Origin: Promethearchaeota archaeon
Lineage (GTDB): Archaea; Asgardarchaeota; Lokiarchaeia; Sigyniarchaeales; SOKP01
NCBI GenBank assembly: GCA_048940645.1
Contig: JBHLOI010000012.1
Location: forward strand, 1 to 64,000
DNA: 64,000 bases
Direction of reading: 5' to 3'
Position numbers and translations under genes: made by a program. Below, one piece after another: positions 50,558 through 59,420 of this stretch. Every line of letters begins with the position of its first letter. Within the stretch, counting starts at the first letter, position 1. The notes under the pieces are model-generated. The model was not told the DNA's origin. It ran no database searches and worked only from the letters and a program-made list of their open reading frames with translations.

Positions 50558-50812
50558 TTCAAGTAAATAATTAACCTAACAATGAAATATTATAGACAGC
50601 TCTATTTCCATTGGAAATAAGATTATAAAATATTTATATAAGTAAATCTAAAAAGAAATATAAAACGGACCCCATTTTTATATTATTTAATTATATATAT
50701 AATTTTTTATTAAGAACTTAATTAAAACAAATCTTTTCTTAAGAATTAAGATAATGTTATCTCCAGTGGAAATTAAGGAGTATAAAGATAAAGAATCCGC
50801 AATAATTATATT
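50558..50812. other. Candidate replication origin: two ORB-like boxes flanking an AT-rich unwinding element
   Basis: TATTTCCATTGGAAATA (50603-50619) and TCTCCAGTGGAAATTAAGGAGT (50760-50781) resemble the archaeal ORB consensus TTCCAGTGGAAAC.AAAGGGG; the intervening DNA is almost entirely A/T. Confidence 0.55.
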
Positions 50813-52618
50813 TTAATTGGGAATATAGTAATACTCATTTATTCTTTTTTGATATTGATCCTTATTGCTACCAAGTTTGTTTACACGTGGTCTCTTAGTT
50901 ATAGAATCTCTCCTGAATGTGATTCCCATAATTTTTAAAAATGTATTAAAACCATCTCTTAAATTTAATGGAGGTAAAGCTTTTCCTTTAATACCAGGAG
51001 TTCCTTCAAATACTAAAATCGAATCAGCAATAAAGTCCTGAGTTATTATATCATGTTCGACCACGAAGGCTGCCTTTTTTAACTCTTCTATAGATTTTCT
51101 TAAAACTTGAGCTACTTGGAGTCTCATTTCTACATCTAAAAATGCTGATGGTTCATCTAACAGATAGATATCAGCCTTATTGGTTAGACTATCTGCTATA
51201 GCAACTCGTTGTAGTTCACCACCACTTAACTCTAAAATACTTCTTTCTTTAATACTTTCGAGATTTAAATTAGTTAAAAGTCTTTTTTTATAAGATTGGC
51301 TAAAATAAGGCGACAGTTTTATTTTATTTATTAGATCTGACACTTGTTTTAGATGTTCAATTTTAATGTATTGAGGTTTTATAGAAACTTTTAATTTATT
51401 ATTAATATCATTAACCCCATGATCTGAATTTACATCACTAGCAATTGAATTTATAAAAGTAGTCTTACCAATTCCGTTAGGTCCTAATATTCCTATTATT
51501 TCTCCTGCGTGTATTTCACTTCCTGAAACTTTTAAACTAAAATCTCCTAATTTTTTTTCAAAATCATCATAAGAATAAATAATGTCTCCAGTATCAAATA
51601 ATGAATTTAAAGGGGGCCTTTCATGGAATTGAATACTCCTTTCTCTAATTCTAACGTTTTCATCTTTGATATAACCATTTAAATATATATTTATCCCTAC
51701 TCTAACACCCTGAGGATGAGAAATTATACCATATACTCCAGGTTCACCATAAAATAAAGAAATATAATCACTCAAATAATCTAAAATGGCTAGATCATGT
51801 TCCACAACTATAACAGTTTTATTTTCTAGTGTCAATGACCGAATTAATTTTGCCATGTTTATTCTTTCACTTACGTCTAAATAAGAACTTGGTTCATCAA
51901 TAAGATATACATCACCATTTTTTAAATAAGCAGCAGCAATAGCTACTCTCTGTAATTCACCACCAGATAATACATTAATATCTCGATCTATAATTTCAAA
52001 TAAATTTAATTTATCTAAGATTGAATCTAATTTATCTTCTTCATCATTTTTTTTTAATAAATCATAAACTCTTCCAGAAATAAATTTTGGAATAGTTGTT
52101 ATATTTTGTGGTTTATGGATTATTTTTGTCTTTTTATCCTTTAAATCAAGAAAATATTGTTGTAATTCAGATCCCTTAAAAAAGTTAATTATTTCATTAT
52201 CATCGGGAACCTGTTCGTTAAACTTCCCCAGATTAATCTTAAGATCCCCTGATAAAATTTTTAACATAGTACTTTTTCCTATTCCATTCTGTCCGATCAA
52301 ACCTAAAACTTTTCCCTTCTTTGGGATTGCCATTCTAAAAAGTGAGAATTGATCTGGACCATAACGATATATAATTTGATTTTCTAAGGGATCAGGTAGA
52401 TTTACTATGCTTATTGCATTAAAAGGACATTTTTTTATACAAATCCCACACCCTGTGCATAAACTTTCTGTAATTTCTACAAATTTTCCATTTGGGTTTA
52501 ATACGATAGTTTTATCACCGGTCCTCACTCTAGGACAATATTTAATACATGGTTTTTCACCAAATGGGCTACATTTATCAGGTTTACACCGATCTTTATT
52601 TAGAACAGCAATCCTCAT
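50813..52618 (-). CDS. rli: Ribosome recycling ATPase ABCE1/Rli1
   Basis: N-terminal FeS domain (CKPDKC, CTGCGICIKKCPF), two ABC domains GQNGIGKST/GPNGIGKTT, LSGGELQR, ITFRRD...RPRVNK. Confidence 0.97.
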   Translation of the reverse strand: MRIAVLNKDRCKPDKCSPFGEKPCIKYCPRVRTGDKTIVLNPNGKFVEITESLCTGCGICIKKCPFNAISIVNLPDPLENQIIYRYGPDQFSLFRMAIPKKGKVLGLIGQNGIGKSTMLKILSGDLKINLGKFNEQVPDDNEIINFFKGSELQQYFLDLKDKKTKIIHKPQNITTIPKFISGRVYDLLKKNDEEDKLDSILDKLNLFEIIDRDINVLSGGELQRVAIAAAYLKNGDVYLIDEPSSYLDVSERINMAKLIRSLTLENKTVIVVEHDLAILDYLSDYISLFYGEPGVYGIISHPQGVRVGINIYLNGYIKDENVRIRERSIQFHERPPLNSLFDTGDIIYSYDDFEKKLGDFSLKVSGSEIHAGEIIGILGPNGIGKTTFINSIASDVNSDHGVNDINNKLKVSIKPQYIKIEHLKQVSDLINKIKLSPYFSQSYKKRLLTNLNLESIKERSILELSGGELQRVAIADSLTNKADIYLLDEPSAFLDVEMRLQVAQVLRKSIEELKKAAFVVEHDIITQDFIADSILVFEGTPGIKGKALPPLNLRDGFNTFLKIMGITFRRDSITKRPRVNKLGSNKDQYQKRINEYYYIPN

Positions 52619-52705
52619 GTCTTTTCACCACATGTTAAAATGAAAAATGATAAATAATTTTTATCATTTAATCATTAAAGAAAAAAGCTTAATAAGTGAA
52701 TAAAG

Positions 52706-54415
52706 TTGAGTAAAGATTTTTCTACTTTTTGGCTAGACGAGACAGTAGAGAAAATCTCAAAGAGAAAACCGCTAAAAATAACGTTATCAACCGGAAAAAC
52801 CCCCTCAGGACATATACACATAGGTATACTGAGAGAATTAATAATATGTGATGCTTTAAGGAGAGTTTTTGAAGAAAAAGGAAATATTGTAAAATTTTAT
52901 TTATTTATAGATGATTTCGACGCAGCAAAGCGTTTCCCAGACTACATTGAGAAAGAATTCCAAGAAAAACACCTAGGGAAACCATTTTCGTTAATACCCT
53001 GCCCTTTTAAAGAATGTGGTTGTGAAAGCTATGCAGCTCATTTTGGAAATGAATTAATTTCAACATTCCCAGATTTTGGTATTGAAAATAATATTATTTG
53101 GACTTTCAAATTATACCAAGAAAAGAGAATGCAAAATAAAGTAAAAATTGCCCTTGATAATACAGACTTAATTAAAAATATTTTAAAAAAATATATATTG
53201 CCTACTTTAGATAATAAAAGGAAACAGGAATTTAGAGCTATGCAAAAGAAATGGATGCCTGTTATGGTTTTATGTGAAAGTTGTAACAAACTACAGAAAA
53301 GAAGTTCTGATGGTTCTATTGTACCTAATAGAGTGTTATCTTACTTTAAAGAAAAAGAAGAGGTTAGTTATGAATGTCCAGCTTGTAATCATAAAGGAAA
53401 AGTATCTATTTATAGTGGAAAATTGAAATTGAATTGGCGTATAGATTGGCCTGCAAAATGGACAATTTTCAATACTACATGTGAGCCAGCAGGTAAAGAT
53501 CATAGTGTAAAAGGAGGAGCTTATGATACAGGTTTAGAAATCTGTAAAAAGATTTTTGATTATGAGGGACCAATTACGCTTCCATACGAATGGCTTAGGC
53601 TGGGAGAACAGGATATGAAAACATCAAAAGGAATAGTATTCACACCAAAAAGATATTTGAAATTAGCTGATCCTGAAATTTATAGAATGTTGATTTTAAG
53701 AACAAATCCAATGAAGCATATTTCGTTACGTATAGAAGAGATTCCTCAATATCATGATTATTACGATAATATGGAGGATATTTATTATAAAGATAAGGAA
53801 GCTGAATCAAAACAAGAATTAGAATTCTTCCTTTATCTCTATCCATTAACTAAAATAAATGGAGTTCCAGAAACGAAACCTATAAAAATACCATTTAAGT
53901 TTTTGATATTCTTAGCTCAAATACAAAACCTTCTCTCTATAGAAAAACTTTATGAAAAAGCGATTCAAGTTATCGATTGTAAAGAGCAAGACCTAACTTT
54001 TGAGGAATTTAAATTTATTTTAAAAAGAACAGATAACTGGTTAATGGAAGTGAAGAAAATTATTGAAAACATAAAAGATGTTAAAAGAAAAAACTACATT
54101 CTAAATAAAATAGATATCTTTACCATACCAGAAAAACTAGATAAAAGCGTAATAGATAAATTAGACAAAGCACAAATTAAAGGTATCTCTCTTTTCAGTG
54201 AATTTATTATGCATAATATAACTTTAGAGCCTGATATAATCCAGAACAAAGTTTTTACTATTGCAAAAGAAGAATTAGAAATCCCCCCTAAAAAATTATT
54301 TGAAGCACTATATATTATAATACTTGGAAAAAAATCGGGACCACGTTTAGGACCTTTTATAACAATGCTAGATGAAGGTTGGCTTTTAAAGAGATTAAGT
54401 CAAGTATTAGATTAA
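52706..54415 (+). CDS. lysS: Class I lysyl-tRNA synthetase
   Basis: TPSGHIHIG, WRIDWPAKW, EPAGKDH, MKTSKG, GPRLG. Confidence 0.96.
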   Translation: MSKDFSTFWLDETVEKISKRKPLKITLSTGKTPSGHIHIGILRELIICDALRRVFEEKGNIVKFYLFIDDFDAAKRFPDYIEKEFQEKHLGKPFSLIPCPFKECGCESYAAHFGNELISTFPDFGIENNIIWTFKLYQEKRMQNKVKIALDNTDLIKNILKKYILPTLDNKRKQEFRAMQKKWMPVMVLCESCNKLQKRSSDGSIVPNRVLSYFKEKEEVSYECPACNHKGKVSIYSGKLKLNWRIDWPAKWTIFNTTCEPAGKDHSVKGGAYDTGLEICKKIFDYEGPITLPYEWLRLGEQDMKTSKGIVFTPKRYLKLADPEIYRMLILRTNPMKHISLRIEEIPQYHDYYDNMEDIYYKDKEAESKQELEFFLYLYPLTKINGVPETKPIKIPFKFLIFLAQIQNLLSIEKLYEKAIQVIDCKEQDLTFEEFKFILKRTDNWLMEVKKIIENIKDVKRKNYILNKIDIFTIPEKLDKSVIDKLDKAQIKGISLFSEFIMHNITLEPDIIQNKVFTIAKEELEIPPKKLFEALYIIILGKKSGPRLGPFITMLDEGWLLKRLSQVLD

Positions 54416-54429
54416 AATCTATAAAGTAT

Positions 54430-54621
54430 TTAACTAGATTCTTCTTCTTTTTTAGCTCTTCTAAATTTAAACCATCTTCTTTTCTTCTTCTCTTTCAGTT
54501 TACTATAACAATCTGAACAATAATTATAAGCTTCTTCAATTAATTGTCCGCATCTTTTGCAATGCTTGTGAGGATAAATATATTCTTCTGCTTGCTTTTT
54601 ATATCGTTCGAATTTACTCAA
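54430..54621 (-). CDS. DUF2116-like Zn-ribbon protein
   Basis: PHKHCKRCGQLI....YCSDC. Confidence 0.75.
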   Translation of the reverse strand: MSKFERYKKQAEEYIYPHKHCKRCGQLIEEAYNYCSDCYSKLKEKKKRRWFKFRRAKKEEESS

Positions 54622-54667
54622 AATAACTCTCCTAAATTAATAATTATAAAATTATATTTTTAATAAG

Positions 54668-55942
54668 TTATAATTCTTTCACTCCATCTTGTGAAATCTT
54701 AATTCTAAAAAATTCCGCATTTTTTAAATCCTCTAAAATAGTTGGATTAAATTCTGGGAATTTGAGTTTAAATAATTTTTTATCTTTTATCAAATTTTTT
54801 AATTTCTGTTTCCATTCTAACATTATATCCTCAATTTTATTAATGTTAACTAAGGCAAATACAGATCCACCTCCACCAGCACCAGTTAGTTTCACAGCAT
54901 ATACATCTGGATGGTCTTCAATAAGTTTTATAAGAAGATTATTTGCTAATCCTATTCCATATTTAAACCCAGCATGACGCATTACCTCATTCATGATTTG
55001 ATTATTCTTTTTAAAAAATTTGCCGAGTAATTTCCAATCATGTTTCATTAAAGCAAATCTAGATTTCCAAGCTAATTTTGCCATTTTTCTATATCTTTTT
55101 AAAATATTCAAATCTTTCTCTAAATATAATTTTCTTAATTTTGCATGTACATTTCCACTATCATGTAAAACTCCAGAATAACACACAATTAGCGGTAAAC
55201 TATCTATATTATAAATTTTATCAATTCTATCATAAATTGCTATTGGTTCCATTGATATTTTTCTATGTAATAATTTCCCAGAATAAGAACAGAAACCTAG
55301 ACCACCCCTACTAATAGTATATCGATCAGAATAACCTGCTGTAATCTTTAAATCCTCATCTTCCACTTTTGTAGCTAATTCTGCAATTATGTCCTTATTA
55401 ATGGGTAATTCTTTGTTTTTAAAGCATAAAAAATTATTATAGATATTGAAGTATTTAGCAAATGCATAAAGTGTAGCGATAATTATTGACGCACTACCCC
55501 CTAATCCACTTTGGCGAGGTATCGTTGAAATAATCCCAACTTCTATATTTTTCTCTCTATAATTTTTCCAAAAGAAAGAGTTTGTTATTGAAAAACGGTA
55601 TATACTAGCATAAATTAATTTTACTCTTGAATTTTTGCTTTTTTTAAGCATTTTTTTGTTTTTAATTAATCTATCTTTAACTTGTACCTTAAAATTAATC
55701 TGTTCACCTGACTTTATCATTTTATAAAATATAATTCTACTATCTCCTTGAATTTCCTTTATATAAACGAATGTTGATAAGGGATTTTTATAACCGTTTA
55801 TTGCTACTGAAGGCATCCAAAAGTCACCCTCAACAGCATCTAAAGGATTTATTAGATTAATTCTTGATGGTGCTTGAATTATTATATCTGGATCTAAACT
55901 ATTAATGAATTTAATTATTTTGCTTAGCAATTCTATTACCAT
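54668..55942 (-). CDS. GHMP-family sugar kinase (glucuronokinase/HddA-like)
   Basis: APSRINL.NP.D, IPRQSGLGGSAS, ITAGYSDR, KLTGAGGGG. Confidence 0.85.
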   Translation of the reverse strand: MVIELLSKIIKFINSLDPDIIIQAPSRINLINPLDAVEGDFWMPSVAINGYKNPLSTFVYIKEIQGDSRIIFYKMIKSGEQINFKVQVKDRLIKNKKMLKKSKNSRVKLIYASIYRFSITNSFFWKNYREKNIEVGIISTIPRQSGLGGSASIIIATLYAFAKYFNIYNNFLCFKNKELPINKDIIAELATKVEDEDLKITAGYSDRYTISRGGLGFCSYSGKLLHRKISMEPIAIYDRIDKIYNIDSLPLIVCYSGVLHDSGNVHAKLRKLYLEKDLNILKRYRKMAKLAWKSRFALMKHDWKLLGKFFKKNNQIMNEVMRHAGFKYGIGLANNLLIKLIEDHPDVYAVKLTGAGGGGSVFALVNINKIEDIMLEWKQKLKNLIKDKKLFKLKFPEFNPTILEDLKNAEFFRIKISQDGVKEL

Positions 55943-56074
55943 TTAAAGGCATTATATTAATTATAAAGAACCCTATGATTTTAAAAATTTTATTTCAGTA
56001 AATTTAAACTCATTTTTGAAGCTTTTATAAAAAAAAGCTAAGTTTTTATAATTTCACTTAAAAATGATTATGAA

Positions 56075-57184
56075 ATGGCCAAAAAAGGTAAATTTAAGTT
56101 ATTATCTTATTTAATTGAAGATTCGTTGATCTATTATAAGAGCCTTAATAAAAGTGAAACATTATTCGCTTTTTGTATTTTTAAAGTTTCCAATCTTAAT
56201 CAAATAATCTTAATTTTAAATAAATTTTTGAAAAAGGGATTTTTTTTTTACTATTCTATACAAATTAGTATTGCAAATCAAGATATAGAGGTAATCCTTT
56301 GTTTTAGAGCTAATGAAAAAAATCAAATTATTGAATTATTCGGATTAGTTTCTCATAAACTAATAGAATATGATAATTCAATACAACTTTTAAAAAAAAG
56401 AAGTCTGGAAGACAAATTTATAAATATTTTTATAAAAAATTTTGATACAAGTATCCGAATTTATAAGAAATCTGAATCCATATTAATAAAAAATCATACC
56501 TATGAAAAAATTTTGGAGTTTTATGAAATAAAAATTAAAGGTTATGAGAGTCAAAATCAAATTTTAATCCATTTGATGAATTTCATAAAAAATCTTAACC
56601 AAAAAGGATATTTAATATTAAATTTTAAAATTATTAATAGTCAACCAGCTTTAAATACATATTTTATCCGTATTAGAGAAAGTGCCTTTATAAATCGGGT
56701 AAATTTTGAAGAAGATGTCAATAATTTTTTCAACTTCAGTCTTTTAAATAAATCAGAGATTAATTTGGCAAAGATATATCGAATACTTTGGAGATTAAAC
56801 TTAACAGAAGAATTTTCTCCATTTAATAAGGTTGATACAACGTTATTTATTGGAAATAATTCCAAAATGTATACCATTCCAGAATTTAATTTGAAATTTG
56901 AAGAATTATTAAAATCAAATCAAATTGAATATCAAAGGTTAAATCAAAATTTATTATTCATCGAACAAAAAATTGTATTTATAACACTCATAAAACTAAA
57001 CTTTAAATTAATTTTAAAAATATTTAAAAGATTTTTTTCTAAATATTTAATTTACTTATTAATTTTAGATGAGAATGAATATCAAAAATTATTAAAGGTT
57101 GATAAGGTTAGATTATTGAAAGATATAGTAATTTTAAATTATAAAGAGTTTAAAAATCTAAATTTAAAAAAATTCAAAAACTGA
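56075..57184 (+). CDS. Hypothetical protein
   Basis: 369-aa ORF; no motif recognised. Confidence 0.6.
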   Translation: MAKKGKFKLLSYLIEDSLIYYKSLNKSETLFAFCIFKVSNLNQIILILNKFLKKGFFFYYSIQISIANQDIEVILCFRANEKNQIIELFGLVSHKLIEYDNSIQLLKKRSLEDKFINIFIKNFDTSIRIYKKSESILIKNHTYEKILEFYEIKIKGYESQNQILIHLMNFIKNLNQKGYLILNFKIINSQPALNTYFIRIRESAFINRVNFEEDVNNFFNFSLLNKSEINLAKIYRILWRLNLTEEFSPFNKVDTTLFIGNNSKMYTIPEFNLKFEELLKSNQIEYQRLNQNLLFIEQKIVFITLIKLNFKLILKIFKRFFSKYLIYLLILDENEYQKLLKVDKVRLLKDIVILNYKEFKNLNLKKFKN

Positions 57185-57190
57185 TAAAAA

Positions 57191-57454
57191 TTAAAAAATC
57201 CCTAATTCAATTGCTATATCTTGAGCAGAATAATCCGGATGTAACTTTATAAAAGCTTTTTTCTCTCCTTTTGAAGTAATTAAAGTGTTAACTCCTATTA
57301 CTTTAACATTATGGATATTTTCAATAGCTCTTTTAATTTGATTTTTATTAGCTGATTTCTTTACAATAAATACTAATTTATTCTCTCTTTCAATCAAGTC
57401 AAATGTTTTTTCTGTTATTAAAGGTCTTTTGATAATTTTATAGAAGCTTTCCAT
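57191..57454 (-). CDS. rpl23: 50S ribosomal protein L23
   Basis: [31 protein letters not shown]. Confidence 0.97.
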   Translation of the reverse strand: MESFYKIIKRPLITEKTFDLIERENKLVFIVKKSANKNQIKRAIENIHNVKVIGVNTLITSKGEKKAFIKLHPDYSAQDIAIELGIF

Positions 57455-57455
57455 A

Positions 57456-58244
57456 TTAATTTAATCCCTCAAATTTATTTAATTCATTAAACGACGATTG
57501 GGTCCATAAAATCAATCTTCCTGGTAATCCTCCTGGAGCCAAGTCATTAATAGAAAGATTTTCAACATTTACTACATCAATGCCTGCGATATTTCTCGCT
57601 GCCTTTACAATTCCAAAATCCTCTTTAATTACAATTAGTATTCCCTTTTTCCTTTTATACTTACGTCCCCTTCTTTTCCCTTTTCCAGCTCTAATCTTTT
57701 TAGATTTTCTAATTTTATGTAAATCTTTTTTTAAACCTAAATCGCAAAGAACTGAATAGACAGAATTAGCTTTTTTGATTGTCTGAATTTTGTCATCCAC
57801 CACTAATGGGATTTCAGGTACTTCATCAATAATATGGCCTCTTTTTTTGATCCAGGTTGTATCAGCCGAAGCAGAAATAGCAGAAATAATTGAAAGCTTT
57901 TTTGTTTTTTTGTTTATTTTTTTTTCTATATTTTTCTCTGCTTTAATGGGGTGAGTTCTTCTCCCTCCTTTTGCAAAAGGGACTCTTCCGACATTACGGG
58001 CTGTAGAAAATCCAGATCCCTTTATTCTTGGGGCTCTAGACAGCGCATGCCCAGTTCCCCAACTTTCAGAAGTATTTCTTAATCCGGCCCTTTTGTCTCT
58101 TCCTTGAATTTGCTTTTTTCTAGTAAAGAAGACCACATTTGCTTGCTTAATTAAATCGTGTCTTGGGTTAAAAGTAAAAATCTTAGGAATGTCAATTAAT
58201 GTTTTCTTATTTCCATCTAAATTATATACATTTATTTTTTCCAT
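57456..58244 (-). CDS. rpl4: 50S ribosomal protein L4
   Basis: [33 protein letters not shown]. Confidence 0.97.
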   Translation of the reverse strand: MEKINVYNLDGNKKTLIDIPKIFTFNPRHDLIKQANVVFFTRKKQIQGRDKRAGLRNTSESWGTGHALSRAPRIKGSGFSTARNVGRVPFAKGGRRTHPIKAEKNIEKKINKKTKKLSIISAISASADTTWIKKRGHIIDEVPEIPLVVDDKIQTIKKANSVYSVLCDLGLKKDLHKIRKSKKIRAGKGKRRGRKYKRKKGILIVIKEDFGIVKAARNIAGIDVVNVENLSINDLAPGGLPGRLILWTQSSFNELNKFEGLN

Positions 58245-58266
58245 AATATCACGTATTTTTTAAAAA

Positions 58267-59286
58267 TTATCTCTTCTGTTGGCTTTCACGGCTTATAAAT
58301 GTAATTTCCGGAGTATTAACTGTAAAGGATTTTAATGGTCGAATTGTTTTTCTTATCCGTATTAAGCGTTTCTTAGGACCTGGAATAGAACCTAAAAGTA
58401 GTAGATAATCCCCCTTGACTTTACCATATCTGATATATCCTCCCTTTGGATTGATCTCCTCTTCATTTTCTCCTATTAGCATGATTCTTTTGTGGTATTC
58501 AGTTCTCTGATGATATCCTAACTGACCGGCTCTAGGAACCGTGTAAAGAACTCTGGCAGGGTGCCATGGACCGATACATGCAACAGCTCTTCTTATTTTA
58601 CTATTTTTTCGTGTTAAAATCTTAATACCAAATCGTTTTACTGGTCCTTGAAAACCTTTTCCCTTTGTAACTGCAATAACATCTATTAATTCCCCTTCCT
58701 CTAAAACATCTCGAGCTCTGATCTCATTACCGAGATTTGATGTAGCAAATTTAAATTCTTTATTAGGATCACCAATTGAGTTTAATTTGATCTCAATTAT
58801 ATCAGGTTTCTTTCTCGGTAATGAAGTGAGATGTGGTTGAGTTTGAAATATTCCCCTTATCTCACTATATTCATTTATATTTTCCGTTAATTTCTTTTTA
58901 ACTCTTTTGAAATCGTAGTTTTCAAAATCTGGGGTATTGATTTTACGTTTAAGGTATTGATTTATTTCTTTTGCATATAACTCTCCTATAACATACTTAC
59001 CATATTCATCTTCATTATAAATTCTGATACCAACAAGTATTAAGGGGGGTATTTCGATTACAGTAACAGGTTTCATTAATTCTTTTCCAAAATAAGGGCT
59101 ATTTTTTTGGTCTTCAATATAAGTTATATGTGTCATACCTGCTTTAAAACCAGCAAATCCTAAAAAATTTAAACTTTCTGGTTTATCTAACCAATTTCTT
59201 ATTCTACCTTTAATATTAGACGCTCTTTTTCTAGGTAAAAATGCTAATGAACCGTGACGTGGAGCATGTTTTTTTCGATGTCCCAT
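58267..59286 (-). CDS. rpl3: 50S ribosomal protein L3
   Basis: PRHGSLAFLPRKR, GFKAGMTH, TKGKGFQGPVKRFG, PRAGQLGYHQRTE. Confidence 0.98.
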   Translation of the reverse strand: MGHRKKHAPRHGSLAFLPRKRASNIKGRIRNWLDKPESLNFLGFAGFKAGMTHITYIEDQKNSPYFGKELMKPVTVIEIPPLILVGIRIYNEDEYGKYVIGELYAKEINQYLKRKINTPDFENYDFKRVKKKLTENINEYSEIRGIFQTQPHLTSLPRKKPDIIEIKLNSIGDPNKEFKFATSNLGNEIRARDVLEEGELIDVIAVTKGKGFQGPVKRFGIKILTRKNSKIRRAVACIGPWHPARVLYTVPRAGQLGYHQRTEYHKRIMLIGENEEEINPKGGYIRYGKVKGDYLLLLGSIPGPKKRLIRIRKTIRPLKSFTVNTPEITFISRESQQKR

Positions 59287-59420
59287 TTGTATTCACTTTG
59301 CTTTTGAAAATCCAAATTGTGCAAAATAAAAAAAGTTTTTGCCTAACAATTACTAAATCTCTAAAGTAATAGTTTTAAAAAAGGGGTTATTTTTATTTAC
59401 CTATTTAAAATTATTAATAA

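Noticed and set aside
1430-56877. Numerous short antisense or overlapping ORFs in the track (e.g. 1430..1762, 3576..3764, 5721..5948, 12671..12952, 26730..27080, 46960..47247, 54762..54977)
   Set aside because: They are shadow ORFs inside well-supported genes, with the Phe/Ser/Leu-rich composition expected from the reverse complement of Lys/Glu-rich coding DNA.
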